Assembly: GCA_030324005.1 (NCBI GenBank)
Contig: JARDVH010000099.1
Location: 36,292,460 to 36,356,459 of the forward strand
Source of the DNA: Negaprion brevirostris
Lineage: Eukaryota
Reading direction: 5' to 3'
Length of the DNA: 64,000 bases
Below, piece after piece: positions 44,536 through 57,327 of this stretch. The notes beneath the pieces were generated by a model. It did no database searches and had not been told where the DNA came from. It worked only from the letters and a program-made list of their open reading frames with translations. Each line of letters opens with the position of its first letter. Position 1 is the stretch's first letter. The translations under genes were made by a program, and so were the position numbers.

Positions 44536-45732
44536 GTTGGTATCAGTTAAATTCTGTCAATACGTTGACGGGAAATTAGTTGAAAATGTTTATATAGAGG
44601 ATCAAAGAAATGTGACATTGTTTTGAATTCCAATTCTTATGTTTCAAAATTGTATACTTATCCCCCATTCTACCTACTGTGATGTATGTTGTGTAAGAAA
44701 TTCCTTATAGTTTATAAAACCTTCCCTCATGTTGAAATAAGTGACATACACAGCAGGTAGGAAACTAATAAAGCTCACCCATTTCAAAATTATGGACTGG
44801 GGCCCCAAAAAGCTTAAAACTCGAACAACTGCCCTGGATATAAACTTTATGATCTGTGAAGACAAGGAGTTAGACTGAAAGTGCATTATGACATGGGCTT
44901 GTCATTACTTAACCTGTAAATAGACCCAACATTTGATCACTTTTATTGCATGAAAAAGGCACATTTTACAACAGTGATCAATTTAGAATTTACTGAAGGG
45001 AGATGTAAGTGCTGAAGGCTTGAGATTTAATATCTAGTGGAGGTTGATAATGTGTTTATCCTCGAAAATTTTTGTCATTTGTTCAGGTGCATCTTTGTTA
45101 ATAATTGTGCTCTGTAAGCCAAAAATCATGGGGTTAAAACTATTTAAAATATGGGAAATATATATACAGACTTAACTACATTCCCTTTAGTTGGAAATCT
45201 ACCAGATAACTGGTGAATTGAAATTTTTTACAGTGCACACCTACAATTATCTCAGCCAGTAATCTAAGTCCTGATGTATTTTTTGCAATAGTTGTAAGAG
45301 CCTAAAGTTTAGGTTTTGATTGGCATTATTTTAATGTCCGTGGTACCCCATTCAAAATAAATGGATTACCACCAGCATTCCAATAAAGTATGTTCTGAAA
45401 TCTAGATTAGAGAATCAGATTGTGATGATTGTTACCACTTTAAATAAAATCCTGTGCTTTTTCCACTGGATCTGGTAAATGAGATGCTATATCCACAAAA
45501 AATACAACTGAGAGTGAGTGCAGAGGGCTTTGACAGCATGTATTTGCTTTTGTTACTTTGACAACTTGTTTTCTGCTTTTCATCAAGCACACAGAAGCGA
45601 GTTTAGAAAATGCATTCCCAGATTAACTGGAAAGCTTTATTTCTTGAAATGGGGCAATAAGGTCTAATTGAGATGCAATTGTAACTTTTAACTGCTTAGT
45701 GGTGGACTCAGTGCAACTTTCATTAAAAGTAA

Positions 45733-45868
45733 TGGTCAGAATTTTCCAGCTGTTCACGCCCTGCTGCCATTGCCAGCATGAACAGAGAATTTGGTGCTCA
45801 GCCAAATCTCCATTCTCTGTACCAGGACCAGAGGATCCCAGCTGCGAGTGAATTTGTAGAACCTGGCA
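45733..45868. mobile_element. MITE, Harbinger-like
   Basis: TGGTCAGAATTTTCCAGC start shared with 36886 (TGGCCAGAATTTTCCAGC). End GTAGAACCTGGCA. Confidence 0.6.
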
Positions 45869-46896
45869 CAGTATTTTCAAGCCCACCAATTTGTATATGT
45901 ACATTGTTCTTTCCCTGGTCTTCAAATACGGTCCATTTGGTGTACACACACACATTTTTGTATCTTATCAAATATGGAATATTAGCTTCAAGCATTCTGG
46001 ATGCAATCATATTGGTAATAATTTTGTTTTGAAGTAAGCATTGTTATATTGCTGATCCATACCCGTAATGGACTCTGCCTATACAAAAGTCTCATAGCCA
46101 GTAGAGTGAGGAGACTCTCATCCCTTCAATTTGCACTGGAACTGAACCTAGGTCCCAGAGGTGAAAAGCCTCTGTTTGACCCAACTCTTCAAATGCTGAC
46201 TGCAATCATCTTCCAATTCTTTCAGTGGGGAAGAAAAGCTCCAGGGAAAAATTAGCATCTTGAAATAAATTATAAAGAGCAGTCCAATCCAAGGATTCTG
46301 ATACCGTAAGAAGCTGCCCAGGTGAAATCTGTACAGGCCTGTTAATTGATCATCATCTTCCCCCAGCTCTTTGAAGATCTATTAATTTTTGTGTCATCAA
46401 AACCCTCAAATTGTGCACATTTTGTACCTGTCACCCATCTCATCATGGGTCAGTTGGCTTATTGTTCCACCTGAATCCCTTGGAGGCCCCAATAGTATAT
46501 GCCTGTCACCAGAGCTTCATACATGCCCAGAAGCTGTGGCAGCTTATATTTGTCATCAGAGACACCCCCTCTGATGCTCAGTCAGTTTATACTTGTCACC
46601 AGAGCCCTCTTAATTATATTATTGATTTAAATTCATTTACAGGTTTCCATTAGTGTTACTGTTTGTACAGTACACCAGATGGTGAATCTTTCTTTTAAAA
46701 ATAAATGAATTCTTGCTGGCAAATTGGTATGTTTATTTGATCTTTTTTTTTCCGTTCAATGTGAAAATCATGTGGCATTATTTTGGATAAGGATTAAGGA
46801 TGTGTGATCTGAATTTATGTTGGATCATATGACACATCCTTTTTGACAACTTGAAATACAAGAAAATGCAATTATCCGACCTATTTTCTTTCTTTT

Positions 46897-46976
46897 AATA
46901 GTTAAAATAGTTTAATAGTTATAAATAGTTAAACTATAAACAGTTATAAATAGTTAAAATAGTTTAATAGTTATAA
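46897..46976. repeat. AATAGTT-based tandem repeat
   Basis: The 28-mer AATAGTTAAAATAGTTTAATAGTTATAA occurs exactly at 46897-46924 and 46949-46976, with a related spacer. Confidence 0.9.
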
Positions 46977-48609
46977 GTCTATACAAGTCTATCGATTTTC
47001 ATGGGATGAGGAACAAAATCTCAGAATGTGATTCTGGAGTCTCTTGTAAGAGAAACAGAATTGGACTTACCCAATCACCTTAAGCTATTAGCTGTAATTA
47101 TGAACAGAGATACAATCCTTAAAAACCAGCAAAAATATTGAAATTTGGTCACCACAACCAGTGACTTTGAGTCTAAACTGTGCAGGTGACAAGATACTAC
47201 TGTATACCAGTGGGGTATTTTACTTTAGCTGCACTGCCTCACAGCAGTAAAATCAAACCACAAGGTCGGGCACAAAAAACATTAAGTTCTCAAAGGAAAT
47301 TATTTCACCACACAATGGAAAAAAAAAAGTTTTTCAAAATTCCTTAGAACTTTTTTGTGGCCAATTTTAAGTTTGAGGGCAATACAGATGTCGTCAGCAC
47401 TTGTTTAACATGAGGAAGTTGAGCACTGCACAGTGTAGTAACCTTGCCAGTAGCTTCCTGTTATAGGAGGCAGAAGTGATTGAATTCCCCACACTAAAAT
47501 TCTGGGTAATCCTGCCACTTTATGGAAGGTCAGCTCAACAACTGTCACACAGGAAGCATCACAGATAGAACTGTCAATAGTGACCCACATCTGTGTGAAT
47601 CTGAGGACTTTCTAATTAACTGAGGATCTGCAAATTAGAGCAGAGCTCCACTGCTATTCGCCTCCAACACTCCATGTCGAGCTGCAGCTAATCATTACAT
47701 CTAACAAACTGCAACTTTAGCAGCCTCTTAGAGACCAGATCGACTTTAAGAGAGCAAAATGTGAAACAAATGATATTGAACCCTTTCCTTGGCAACTAAT
47801 TGGATCTCATGAGCTGACTCATGTGACGCAGTTTAATCCAACAATAAAAATGTAGTCCTGTGGGTAAAACAGATGCTTTTACCCAACAGTTTAACCATAT
47901 TAGACCAGGTTTAATCACTAGGCATTCTCATTACTTATAAGAAATGTGATCCTGTTAATCTACAGTCTGGGTGCTCCTACAAAACAGGCTATAATCTTTA
48001 TTTAAGATGAAACAGGATGGTGGACCACAGTTGCAGAGGTGCAGTGCAGTATTAACCAGGATTAATCCAGATTATACTAACTAATGCTCCATTACCCGAG
48101 AGATCCAGTTTGGTTGGAGTTACATTCATTTTCACTATTTTGCCTAACTGCTGAATCAACTACCTTCTGATAGATATATTTGATTTTACAGATCTGAAGA
48201 AACATGTCATTTTGAATTTAATTCATTAAAGTTTCATGTGAAATGGATTGGTTTTAGATTTATTTTTCTTTCAAATTGAACTATCTTGAGGTAACATTCT
48301 GCCTATATATAGGCAAACCTTTCTCCAGGTGAGACATTCTAGTCTTCAGACCTTCTCCATAATTGCAGTTAATGCTGCTTCTCTACTTGGATGACCTACT
48401 TCCTGTTGGTCACCTTGAGCTTATCCCAGCTTTCTTTCCATTACCAGCAGACCATTTGTGACAAAATGGCTCTGATTATATATTTTTTAGAAACATTGCC
48501 TTGCCATGCAAACTAAGTTATGTTTCCATTTTCAGAGACAAATGGCCTAGGAAGGTCCTAGTATTTATCCCTATTAATTACCAAGTTGTCTGATCTCCTA
48601 TTAAAAAAA

Positions 48610-49655
48610 TCAGTAGAAGCTGTGGTAGATCATATGGCCCATCGAGCCTGCTTCACCATTCAATTCAAACTTGGCTGATCTTGGACTATCCAACCCACTT
48701 TTCCTATTCCTTGATATCTTGAAAAATCAAAAATCTGTCTATTCCAACCTTAAATGTAGCATCCAAAACCTCTGGGGTTGAGACTTCTGAAGATTCACAA
48801 TGCACAAGAGTAACTTCTCCTCATCTCTGTCCTAAATAGTCACTCCCTTATCTTGAGACTGTGCTCTGTATTTTAATGTTCCCTGAGCAGTGGAAACACT
48901 CTCAGCGTCTATCTTTTCAAGCCCCTTCAGAGTCTTGTATGTTGCAATGAGATCGCTACTCAGTGTTCTAAACTCTAGAGAATACAGGCTTAATTTACTC
49001 AGTCTTCCATCATAGAACAACCCCTCATTGCACAGAACGATTGTATTGCTACAGTGCAGGAGGAGGCCATTTAGCCTATCAAGTCTGTGGCAATTTGAAA
49101 GATTATCTTATGCTGGTGCGCAACCCTCCACACCTTTACCATGACTCATCTACCTAACTTGGACATCTTTTGGACTGGCTAGTGAGTCTTTGCTGTATTG
49201 CCTCTAATCCCAGTATATCTTCCATTAAATACAGAGGCGAAAACCACACNNNNNNNTCCAGATGTAGTCTCGCCAAAGCTCTGTATAATTGTAGGAAGGC
49301 TTCTTTTATTCCAGCCTTAAATATATTCAATGATAAAACATCCACAACCCTCCGGGGTAGAGAGTGCCAAAGATTCACAGCCCTTTGGGTAAAGACATTT
49401 CCCCTCTGTGTCCAAAATGATCATCCCCTTATCCTGAGACTCTGCCCCATGTTCTAGATTTCCCAATTAGGAGAAATAACCCCATAGTGTTTATCCTGTT
49501 AAGTCCCCTGGAGGATCGGGTATGTTTCAATGCGATCACGTCATTCTTCTGAACTCCATGGAATACAGGCTTAATTTTCTCAGCCTCTCATCGTTGGATA
49601 AGTCCTTCATCCCAGGGACCAATCTAGTGAATGTTTGGTGTACCACCTCCAAAGC
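48610..49655 (-). mobile_element. Cluster of CR1 3' fragments
   Basis: Includes RLSKLSLYSLEFR..DLIATYKTLKGLEKID, NLWHSLPRRVVD and FLQLYRALARLHL, plus two tail motifs (GGCCCATCGAGCCTGCT, GGAGGCCATTTAGCCTATC). Confidence 0.85.
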
Positions 49656-50961
49656 AGTGTTACAGGTGGGGTACTGTAGCCCCCATGAGTTAAAGAGGAG
49701 CAAATTGGGCAAGGTTCGTGCTGATCACAATAGTGATCCTTAAATGTGTCTGTGTTAACACTAGGTTAGGACAGGCTCGGGCTTGACTAGAACCTGCCAG
49801 CAATTGTTGCCAAGGCCCATGAANNNNNNNNNNNNNNNNNNNNNNNNNNNNNNNNNNNNNNNNNNNNNNNNNNNNNNNNNNNNNNNNNNNNNNNNNNNNN
49901 NNNNNNNNNNNNNNNNNNNNNNNCCCATGAATGAACGACTACAAAGGGAAGGGAGAAACATGAGAAAAGATTGTTTAAAAAATGTCAATGGCTGTAATTC
50001 TCATTTTTGTGTTTGCTTTGTCTCCAAATGGGCAGATTTGTAGTTATTAGCTATCCATCTCATTGTTCAATAATACCCAAGCATTGTTTTATTGGCTTGG
50101 TAGTGATTATTTCCTAACTTAGTCCATTTTTGCCAAAATGCTTCTTTTAGTAAGCTGCTATAATTACATTGCCAAAGCTCAATTCTTCTAAATAAAATAA
50201 ACTGTTTTTATTTGCCTAAACTAGAACGGTGTGATCAATAATCATGTAATCTTCTGGGTAGACAGGACTGCCAATTATGGCTGCAATTACTGGCCCAGAT
50301 GAATATTTTAAATGCCATCAAAAAGAGATGGCTATTTACTGGAGAAAGGCTGGTGCTCTCATATTTTCAGAGACAAGCTACACAGATGACCTTGGACTGA
50401 GGAGCTAGGAGGTCATGGGAAAATGGACAGATACCTCAATGAGCTTTTATCTATACAGGAGGGACGACATCTACTGTGGGGAAATTGGCTTTGCTGTTGG
50501 TTTGAGAGTTATCCAACTCTGTCAAAGCAGTGATTCTTGGCTGTAAGAATTGCTGCAGAATGTAGGGAGCTACCTAAGTCACTTGATGGCTTCCTGAGTT
50601 TTTGAGACAGTCAGTTTATTTTGTATGGCTGATTGTAATAAGATCAAATATGTGATCTATCACAGAATATCAACACAATCTGTACAATGAAAGAGGCTCC
50701 CTGATAATTTACTGTTAGTTTCACTGCTAGAGTTTAAATTCTAGTGGTATTTTTTATTTATACCTTCCTTCCGCATTGTGCAATGTTATCAGATGAAAGG
50801 AAGGGCCAGTGATCCAGTTCCAAACTTCCCCTCAGATCACATATGAGTAAGTATCTGGCCTCATTGTTCAGTGATTCACCATGATGGCATGGCTTAGAGG
50901 GACAATTCATCTGCAAGTTGATCATCATCTAACCAATTCTCTGCCCCTTGTGAATATAATG

Positions 50962-51016
50962 TGATGTGGGAGCTGACGACATCTTTACACAGTCATGTAC
51001 ATCAGCTCCCACATCA
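50962..51016. repeat. Hairpin with perfect 15-bp arms
   Basis: TGATGTGGGAGCTGA ... 25 nt ... TCAGCTCCCACATCA. Confidence 0.9.
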
Positions 51017-51689
51017 TCATCCTCTTTATCACCCTTTCACCTGTATTATGCCATCTCAAGTAGACTTGAGAGAGAATGACAAATATCTGACAGTGAGATG
51101 CAAGGTAATAATTCAGTCTCAATTCTGCTGATGCTCATAAACCTGTTCCACAGCTGTCAACAGTAGGGGATTGTTAGGAGTGGCATTTATGAGCAGTAAG
51201 AGTGACATGGCTTGCAAACCCATTTAAACATATGGAGCTGTGTTTATTTATAGGACTGACATGCATCAAAATAGGTTAAAATTTTAAATTTAACTAAGTG
51301 ATTGACACTTCTAATGAGTGACATTTGGTGGACCGAGTTTTAGGTATGCATCAGAATAACTTGGTTGAGTTTTCACTTTGGATATTGTTGTGAGCCATTG
51401 ATTGCCCTTTAACAAAATCTAAGAAAATCAAGAACATAAGAATATTTGGTATTTCAGTTTCCACTTTAATTTTGTTTTGCATAATTTTAATGTTCTATCT
51501 ATTGCTTTTGTTGGTATATTATTCCAGGTCTGATTAATGTTTGAATAGTTGAGTTCTTCACATTTAAAATTACTTATCACTGGTCTCCTCTGGTCCTCCT
51601 TTCTTAACCTGCTTAATATTTTGGACTGGAACAAATTGAACATAGACAATGGGTGGAATGTTCCCAAAGAATTTCTAAGTGTCATAACA

Positions 51690-52060
51690 GCGTGAAAACA
51701 GGAGTGTTCCGTGCTGATCTCTCAGGCATCGCAATCTTTCAATACTTAGTGAAATGAAAAAGCCTCCATATGAATCAGACCACCCTGGAGGCTCCAAACA
51801 TGTGCCTTGTCCCAAAGGGGCCGCAGTTGTGCATCGTTAAGCAGGGGGAGCTGCACTTAAACACTAATGATGACATACAGTTCGTCACCCCAGGAAGATA
51901 GCACCTCAGAGAGCAGTTCCATGATTTACAGAGGTAAAGTTGGTATACCTACTGGATGCCGGGGAGGAGAGGAGAGTATCACCTTCCTTCANNNNNGTTG
52001 ATGATCCAGGAGTCAGGCAGGCAATGTGGCCCAGTGTCGCAAGAAAATCATTAACAGTGA
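51690..52060 (+). mobile_element. Harbinger-derived remnant with a Myb/SANT N-terminal fragment
   Basis: 51925-51975 reads FTEVKLVYLLDAGEERR and about 52023-52055 reads NVAQCRKKIIN. Both resemble the Myb/SANT-like motifs F...EL..LL.AV..RR and T..QCRKK.N. Confidence 0.6.
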
Positions 52061-53938
52061 AATAATAGAAAAACATTCCCAAAAAGGATGGCTTGCAAAA
52101 CCTTTTTTTTGGTGTTTAGTAGTGAGTTGGTCCTCCCAACATTTATCACTGCTTTCTAGATAAGAATGCTCTTCCCCTTTACTAAAGTATTAGTGCATAA
52201 AACTGTCCTGTAGAAATGCTTTTCCTGAAAAGAATTTTACTGACCAGTTTGGTTTCCAATGCCTTGCCCAATTGTATTCGACAACATGAGCAAACTAAGA
52301 GCAGGGCCCAACATTTTGTATTGGTAACTTCTAAACTCATGAGAATCTGGCTTAAAGTAGGAAGGCCCCACCCTTCTGTCATGCTGGAGTTGTCTGGTTT
52401 GGTGAGACAGTTTTCGCATCAGGTTTTATGATTAGATCTTTCTCGTTAAAATTGATATTTTAAAAATAGTATATATCAAAATATGTGATTTTGAAGATAG
52501 CACGTAAGCTCAGATCTTGAGCATCATGTCAGGGCATGCCACGAAAAGTTAACTGGAATTAATCTCATACTTCACAGGAATGATTTATGCCAGGAATAAT
52601 TGGTTGAGGAACAAACTGAGATGTTTTTCATTTTTTTTGAGAGAGATTAATTCATATGCATCATTTTAAAATAGCATATAGATTGAGTTGCGCAATATAT
52701 GGTAACTTCTTAATTTTAAATATTTAATTGGTGAATAAGAAATCCAGTGTGCTCTAAAAGGCAATTTTTTGAGCTTGATCAATAAAATAGTAAATGTCTG
52801 ATAGCTTTTTTGATGAGGCTAATTGTAATACATAACTTGAAATGCTGAAATGTCCAGACGAGCCTAAATTTTTTGAGATAACTCTCGGAAAATGACTATT
52901 CTTGTTATGCGAGTAGTACAATTCCTNNNNNNNNNNNNNNNNNNNNNNNNNNNNNNNNNNNNNNNNNNNNNNNNNNNNNNNNNNNNNNNNNNNNNNNNNN
53001 NNNNNNNNNNNNNNNNNNNNNNNNNNNNNNNNNNNNNNNNNNNNNNNNNNNNNNNNNNNNNNNNNNNNNNNNNNNNNNNNNNNNNNNNNNNNNNNNNNNN
53101 NNNNNNNNNNNNNNNNNNNNNNNNNNNNNNNNNNNNNNNNNNNNNNNNNNNNNNNNNNNNNNNNNNNNNNNNNNNNNNNNNNNNNNNNNNNNNNNNNNNN
53201 NNNNNNNNNNNNNNNNNNNNNNNNNNNNNNNNNNNNNNNNNNNNNNNNNNNNNNNNNNNNNNNNNNNNNNNNNNNNNNNNNNNNNNNNNNNNNNNNNNNN
53301 NNNNNNNNNNNNNNNNNNNNNNNNNNNNNNNNNNNNNNNNNNNNNNNNNNNNNNNNNNNNNNNNNNNNNNNNNNNNNNNNNNNNNNNNNNNNNNNNNNNN
53401 NNNNNNNNNNNNNNNNNNNNNNNNNNNNNNNNNNNNNNNNNNNNNNNNNNNNNNNNNTTCAAACTTATTTGCATACTCACATATATAAAATCTTTCATGA
53501 ATAATTGCAATTGGGCTGTGTTTTACAACATGATTTTTTTCTTTTAAAAATATTCCTTGATGTAATCAAGATTGATATCTGGTGCAGTTTTTAGCAAAGT
53601 GGGAATGTGTTTATAACAAAATTGTAACATTTTTAGTAAGTTTCAGGTTGCCACCTTTTGATAATCAGATTTTAAGCAACTGAAAAGACTTTTAAAAAAC
53701 TACATAGAATTACTGTCTAATTTTATTGGTGTACACTGGTCAACGTCTTACATATTCTTAATACTTTAAAGTAATGTCAAAGGTGCCCACTTGGCATCTG
53801 TACACCAAGCAAAAAAACTGCTTAATTTGAAGGCCCCCAAAGTGGTACAGTTAGCAGAAATTCCCTATGCTTATTAAATTGATCTGGTGGCAAGGCCAGT
53901 TTGTGGACAGCACAGACTTCGAGAGTAATGTAATCACA

Positions 53939-54492
53939 GGGCCAGAGAATCGCTGAGTCCATTTAGTGCCAACACGAACCCCCTTTGGGATTTTCTGCTT
54001 CCTGCCCGGCAAGAGTGGAAACCAGATTAACATATTTAAACCTCCATGGAGACTATGTTGGGGATGGGTGTGTCTCCTGAAAGGGTGGGCCATGAAGAAG
54101 GGGGACTATGGGGAGACTCCTGAGGGGAGAGGCGGGGGGNNNNNNNNNNNNNNNNNNNNNNNNNNNNNNNNNNNNNNNNNNNNNNNNNNNNNNNNNNNNN
54201 NNNNNNNNNNNNNNNNNNNNNNNNNNNNNNNNNNNNNNNNNNNNNNNNNNNNNNNNNNNNNNNNNNNNNNNNNNNNNNNNNNNNNNNNNNNNNNNNNNNN
54301 NNNNNNNNNNNNNNNNNNNNNNNNNNNNNNNNNNNNNNNNNNNNNNNNNNNNNNNNNNNNNNNNNNNNCCACTGTTAAAAAAACATTTGAAGTGTGCGAG
54401 AATGCAATGAGAATTGACCCAAGCACCAAAAATATTTCTAAGTGTAGTTGAATTACAAACCGAATTGCACTGACCCAGTGGGAATCTCACCC
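53939..54492. mobile_element. Harbinger-like non-autonomous element spanning a gap
   Basis: Ends GGGCCAGAGAATC ... GGGAATCTCACCC with a GC-rich interior. Confidence 0.5.
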
Positions 54493-55168
54493 ATTTTCTT
54501 TTTCTCCCTGCTGAGGACAACAATTAGAAATATTTTGGGAGAATTCCATCCAATGTTTTGTAAACCAATAGAACAGATAATTCAGTTTGCATTGGGCAAA
54601 GCTAGTGCATGAAACTCCTTAATCTTTTACTCTGGCTATTTTCAGATGAATTGTGCCAATAAAACCAGCGGAACCTAACAGAAACCCTTACCTCCTTGTA
54701 TTCGCTTCTTGGGTTCAGAAAAATATTTTGGCCATTGGCAAACTTCCACATCCTGACACCTTTTGTTGTCAAACTTGAACCGGTGGGTTGGTATGCAAAA
54801 TACTTTTACACTGCGTTAATCACTGATCTAGCACAGATTGGACAAGTGTTTCTCCCTTTAAGAGCAACACTGTAGACGAAGGTATCCTGGTTTGAGGGAC
54901 CAATTAGGACAGAATGGGTTATCACACCAGGGGTGTGTCCTGTCTTGGGCAGAAGGCATCTAGAAGACAGCTGGTAGGTGCTCCAGGGCAACCGGGACAA
55001 CTTCAGGCCTCTGTCCAGTTTTTCCTTGTTAATAAATACCGTATGTATCATTACGATTTGATTCTTTTAATGGTATTAAAGAGCCATCCTAAAATGCTTA
55101 TCAGAGTGTGGTGATAAAAGAGATCTCGCAATTGACCTCAGCACCCTTAGACTAAGAAGGAGGAGAAT

Positions 55169-55320
55169 GGGGCAGCGCAGTGGCACAGTGATTAGCACGG
55201 CTGCCTCACAGCGCCAGGGACCAGCATTCANNNNNNNNNNTGGCTGTCTGTGTGGAGTTTGAATATTCTCCCCTTATCTGCCTGGGTTTATTCCAGGTGC
55301 TGCAATTTCTTCCCAAAGTA
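55169..55320 (+). mobile_element. HE1/V-SINE-like SINE, 5' half
   Basis: GGGGCAGCGCAGTGGCACAGTGATTAGCACGGCTGCCTCACAGCGCCAGGGACC...TGTGTGGAGTTTGAATATTCTCCCC. Confidence 0.9.
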
Positions 55321-55590
55321 CAATTCAATGAATTGGTCCCTTCTGCTGAATTGCTTCAGCTGGAAAAGGAATGTTTGTATGGCTGTTGGATGACAGTAGC
55401 AGCGAAGCTATCTGTGATACATCCACAGTTGAATACCTTGCCAGCATGCCCTCTCTCTCTAGACTCGTAGAATCCCGATAATGGCCCATCNNNNNNNNNN
55501 NNNNNNNNNNNNNNNNNNNNNNNNNNNNNNNNNNNNNNNNNNNNNNNNNNNNNNNNNNNNNNNNNNNNNNNNNNNNNNNNNNNNNNNNNN

Positions 55591-55870
55591 CCCGATAATG
55601 GCCCATCGAGACTGCACTGACAACAATTCCACCCAGGCCCTATCACTGTAGTCTCGCTGATTTGCCCTGCTAGACACCCTGACACTAAGGGGCAGTTTAC
55701 CATGGCCAATCCACCTAACCACACTTCCGGACTGTGGGAGGAACTGGAGCACCTGGAGGAAGCTTGTGCAGACATGGGGAGGTTGCACAAACTTCGCACA
55801 GTCACCCAAGAAGAACAGAATTGAATCTGGATCTCCGGCATTATAAAGCAGCGATACCACTGTGCCGCCC
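55591..55870 (-). mobile_element. HE1/V-SINE-like SINE
   Basis: The reverse complement begins GGGCGGCACAGTGGTATC and contains TTCCTCCCACAGTCC...GGTTAGGTGGATTGGCCATGGTAAACTGCCCCTTAGTGTC. Confidence 0.9.
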
Positions 55871-57327
55871 TCTAGATAGACATTTGAGGGAAGACCCTTG
55901 GCCCTATGGCACCCTTGGAATCAATGTATCAACACAATCACAAAAGTGGGGGCGGGGAAGAGAAATTGATACAATGTGCATTGGAGAAGAGAGCACCTTC
56001 TCTAATAATAATGCTTCATTATGAAAGCAAATAATTCTAATTTGAATGGAATCCATCCACACCCAGCTTGTGAAGAGATGATGATAATCGTCAAAGCACA
56101 AGATAAATTAGCCAAATGTTTCTGTGCTATTGAACATTCAGTAGGAGTGGTTACAGCGAAATGCACTGTTTTGCGGGCACCTGGCATTCTCTTTCTGTCT
56201 TACAAACAAAGCCCAGCACAAAAAAAAGTAGATTTTAAAAATTTTGTTACAAAACTGTTCGCAGTAAATTCAAATGGATTTGAATACAAAAGAATGATTT
56301 ATGTTAGCAGTGAGTGAATGTGAGGAAACAAAGTGGCAGAACCATGTTTAATGGAAGAGTAGGTGTTTAAAAGTGAGGAACTTTCATGCTATGTCCCATT
56401 CTTTACATTACCAGGATTATTTACTGGATTGTGCTCTGTATTGCTCCCATTAGGAAGATTATTGCTAAGAACCTTCCTGGGTCACACACTGCAGGTTATG
56501 GCGGAAATGCCAACCGGAGGTTAATTGTAATGGACATATGAAACTCAGCGACATCCTTTAATAACCAGGGGATTTGAGAGAGATGCTACTTCCATGAGAT
56601 TGGAATGGTTCCATATTGAGCCGTTTGAATTGTGTTTACTAGGATTTGTGGGCATTTCCCATATGATTAAGGCTACACCAGTAATGCAGGCTAAGTAACA
56701 AATTGGTTGAGTGAGGCTGAGGAATGAACAAAGACAATGTATAAAATTCTGTATTATCATTGTGTTTAGTTGACATTTGTGTCGGGTTTCCAACAATGAG
56801 TGAGAAATATGTAACAATTCTAAATAATGGGACAATGTGTTTCATAACTACTAGCAAAAAGTGTTTCAAAATTGCTCAGTTTCCCAGAATGCTACTGGCA
56901 GGTTCTGAGTTCCTTCCATTGGAGGTTTTCATTTATAATGCCTTTTCTTTAGCTCTTCTGCTGAATGAAATACAGATGGGATTTGGCAAGGAGTGTAATA
57001 GCATATGATGCATGAGCAACAGAAGTTGGGGGTTGGGGGGGTAGTGGTGGTGGTTGTGGGAGATTCTTTCTTTGAGATCCTTTTAAGGCATAAGACTGGA
57101 GCATTAGTGAAATAAAAATGAGGTCTTCCTTATTTTTGTGACTGTGATGTGATTCAGAAACTATTTTCAGGGGATGGTAAACTCTTTTCAATTTGCCTTT
57201 GCTAATCTGGCACCTATATCATAAAATGTACAGCAATATTCCACAGTCTGGTTTGATTTAGATTAGTGATTCTTGAACCATTGTAATCCATAGTATTATG
57301 CTGACCAGAAAGTAAGTTCAATTAATA

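Noticed and set aside
54765-55085. Possible solo LTRs here and at about 35040-35222 and 49657 onward
   Set aside because: LTR-like composition or an AATAAA is present, but I could not define TG...CA termini with a target duplication.
31511-55860. Long ORFs in the track (e.g. 31511-32116, 38942-39682, 52892-53488, 53966-54451)
   Set aside because: Their length comes from reading through N gaps. The real residues are non-coding or CR1 fragments.
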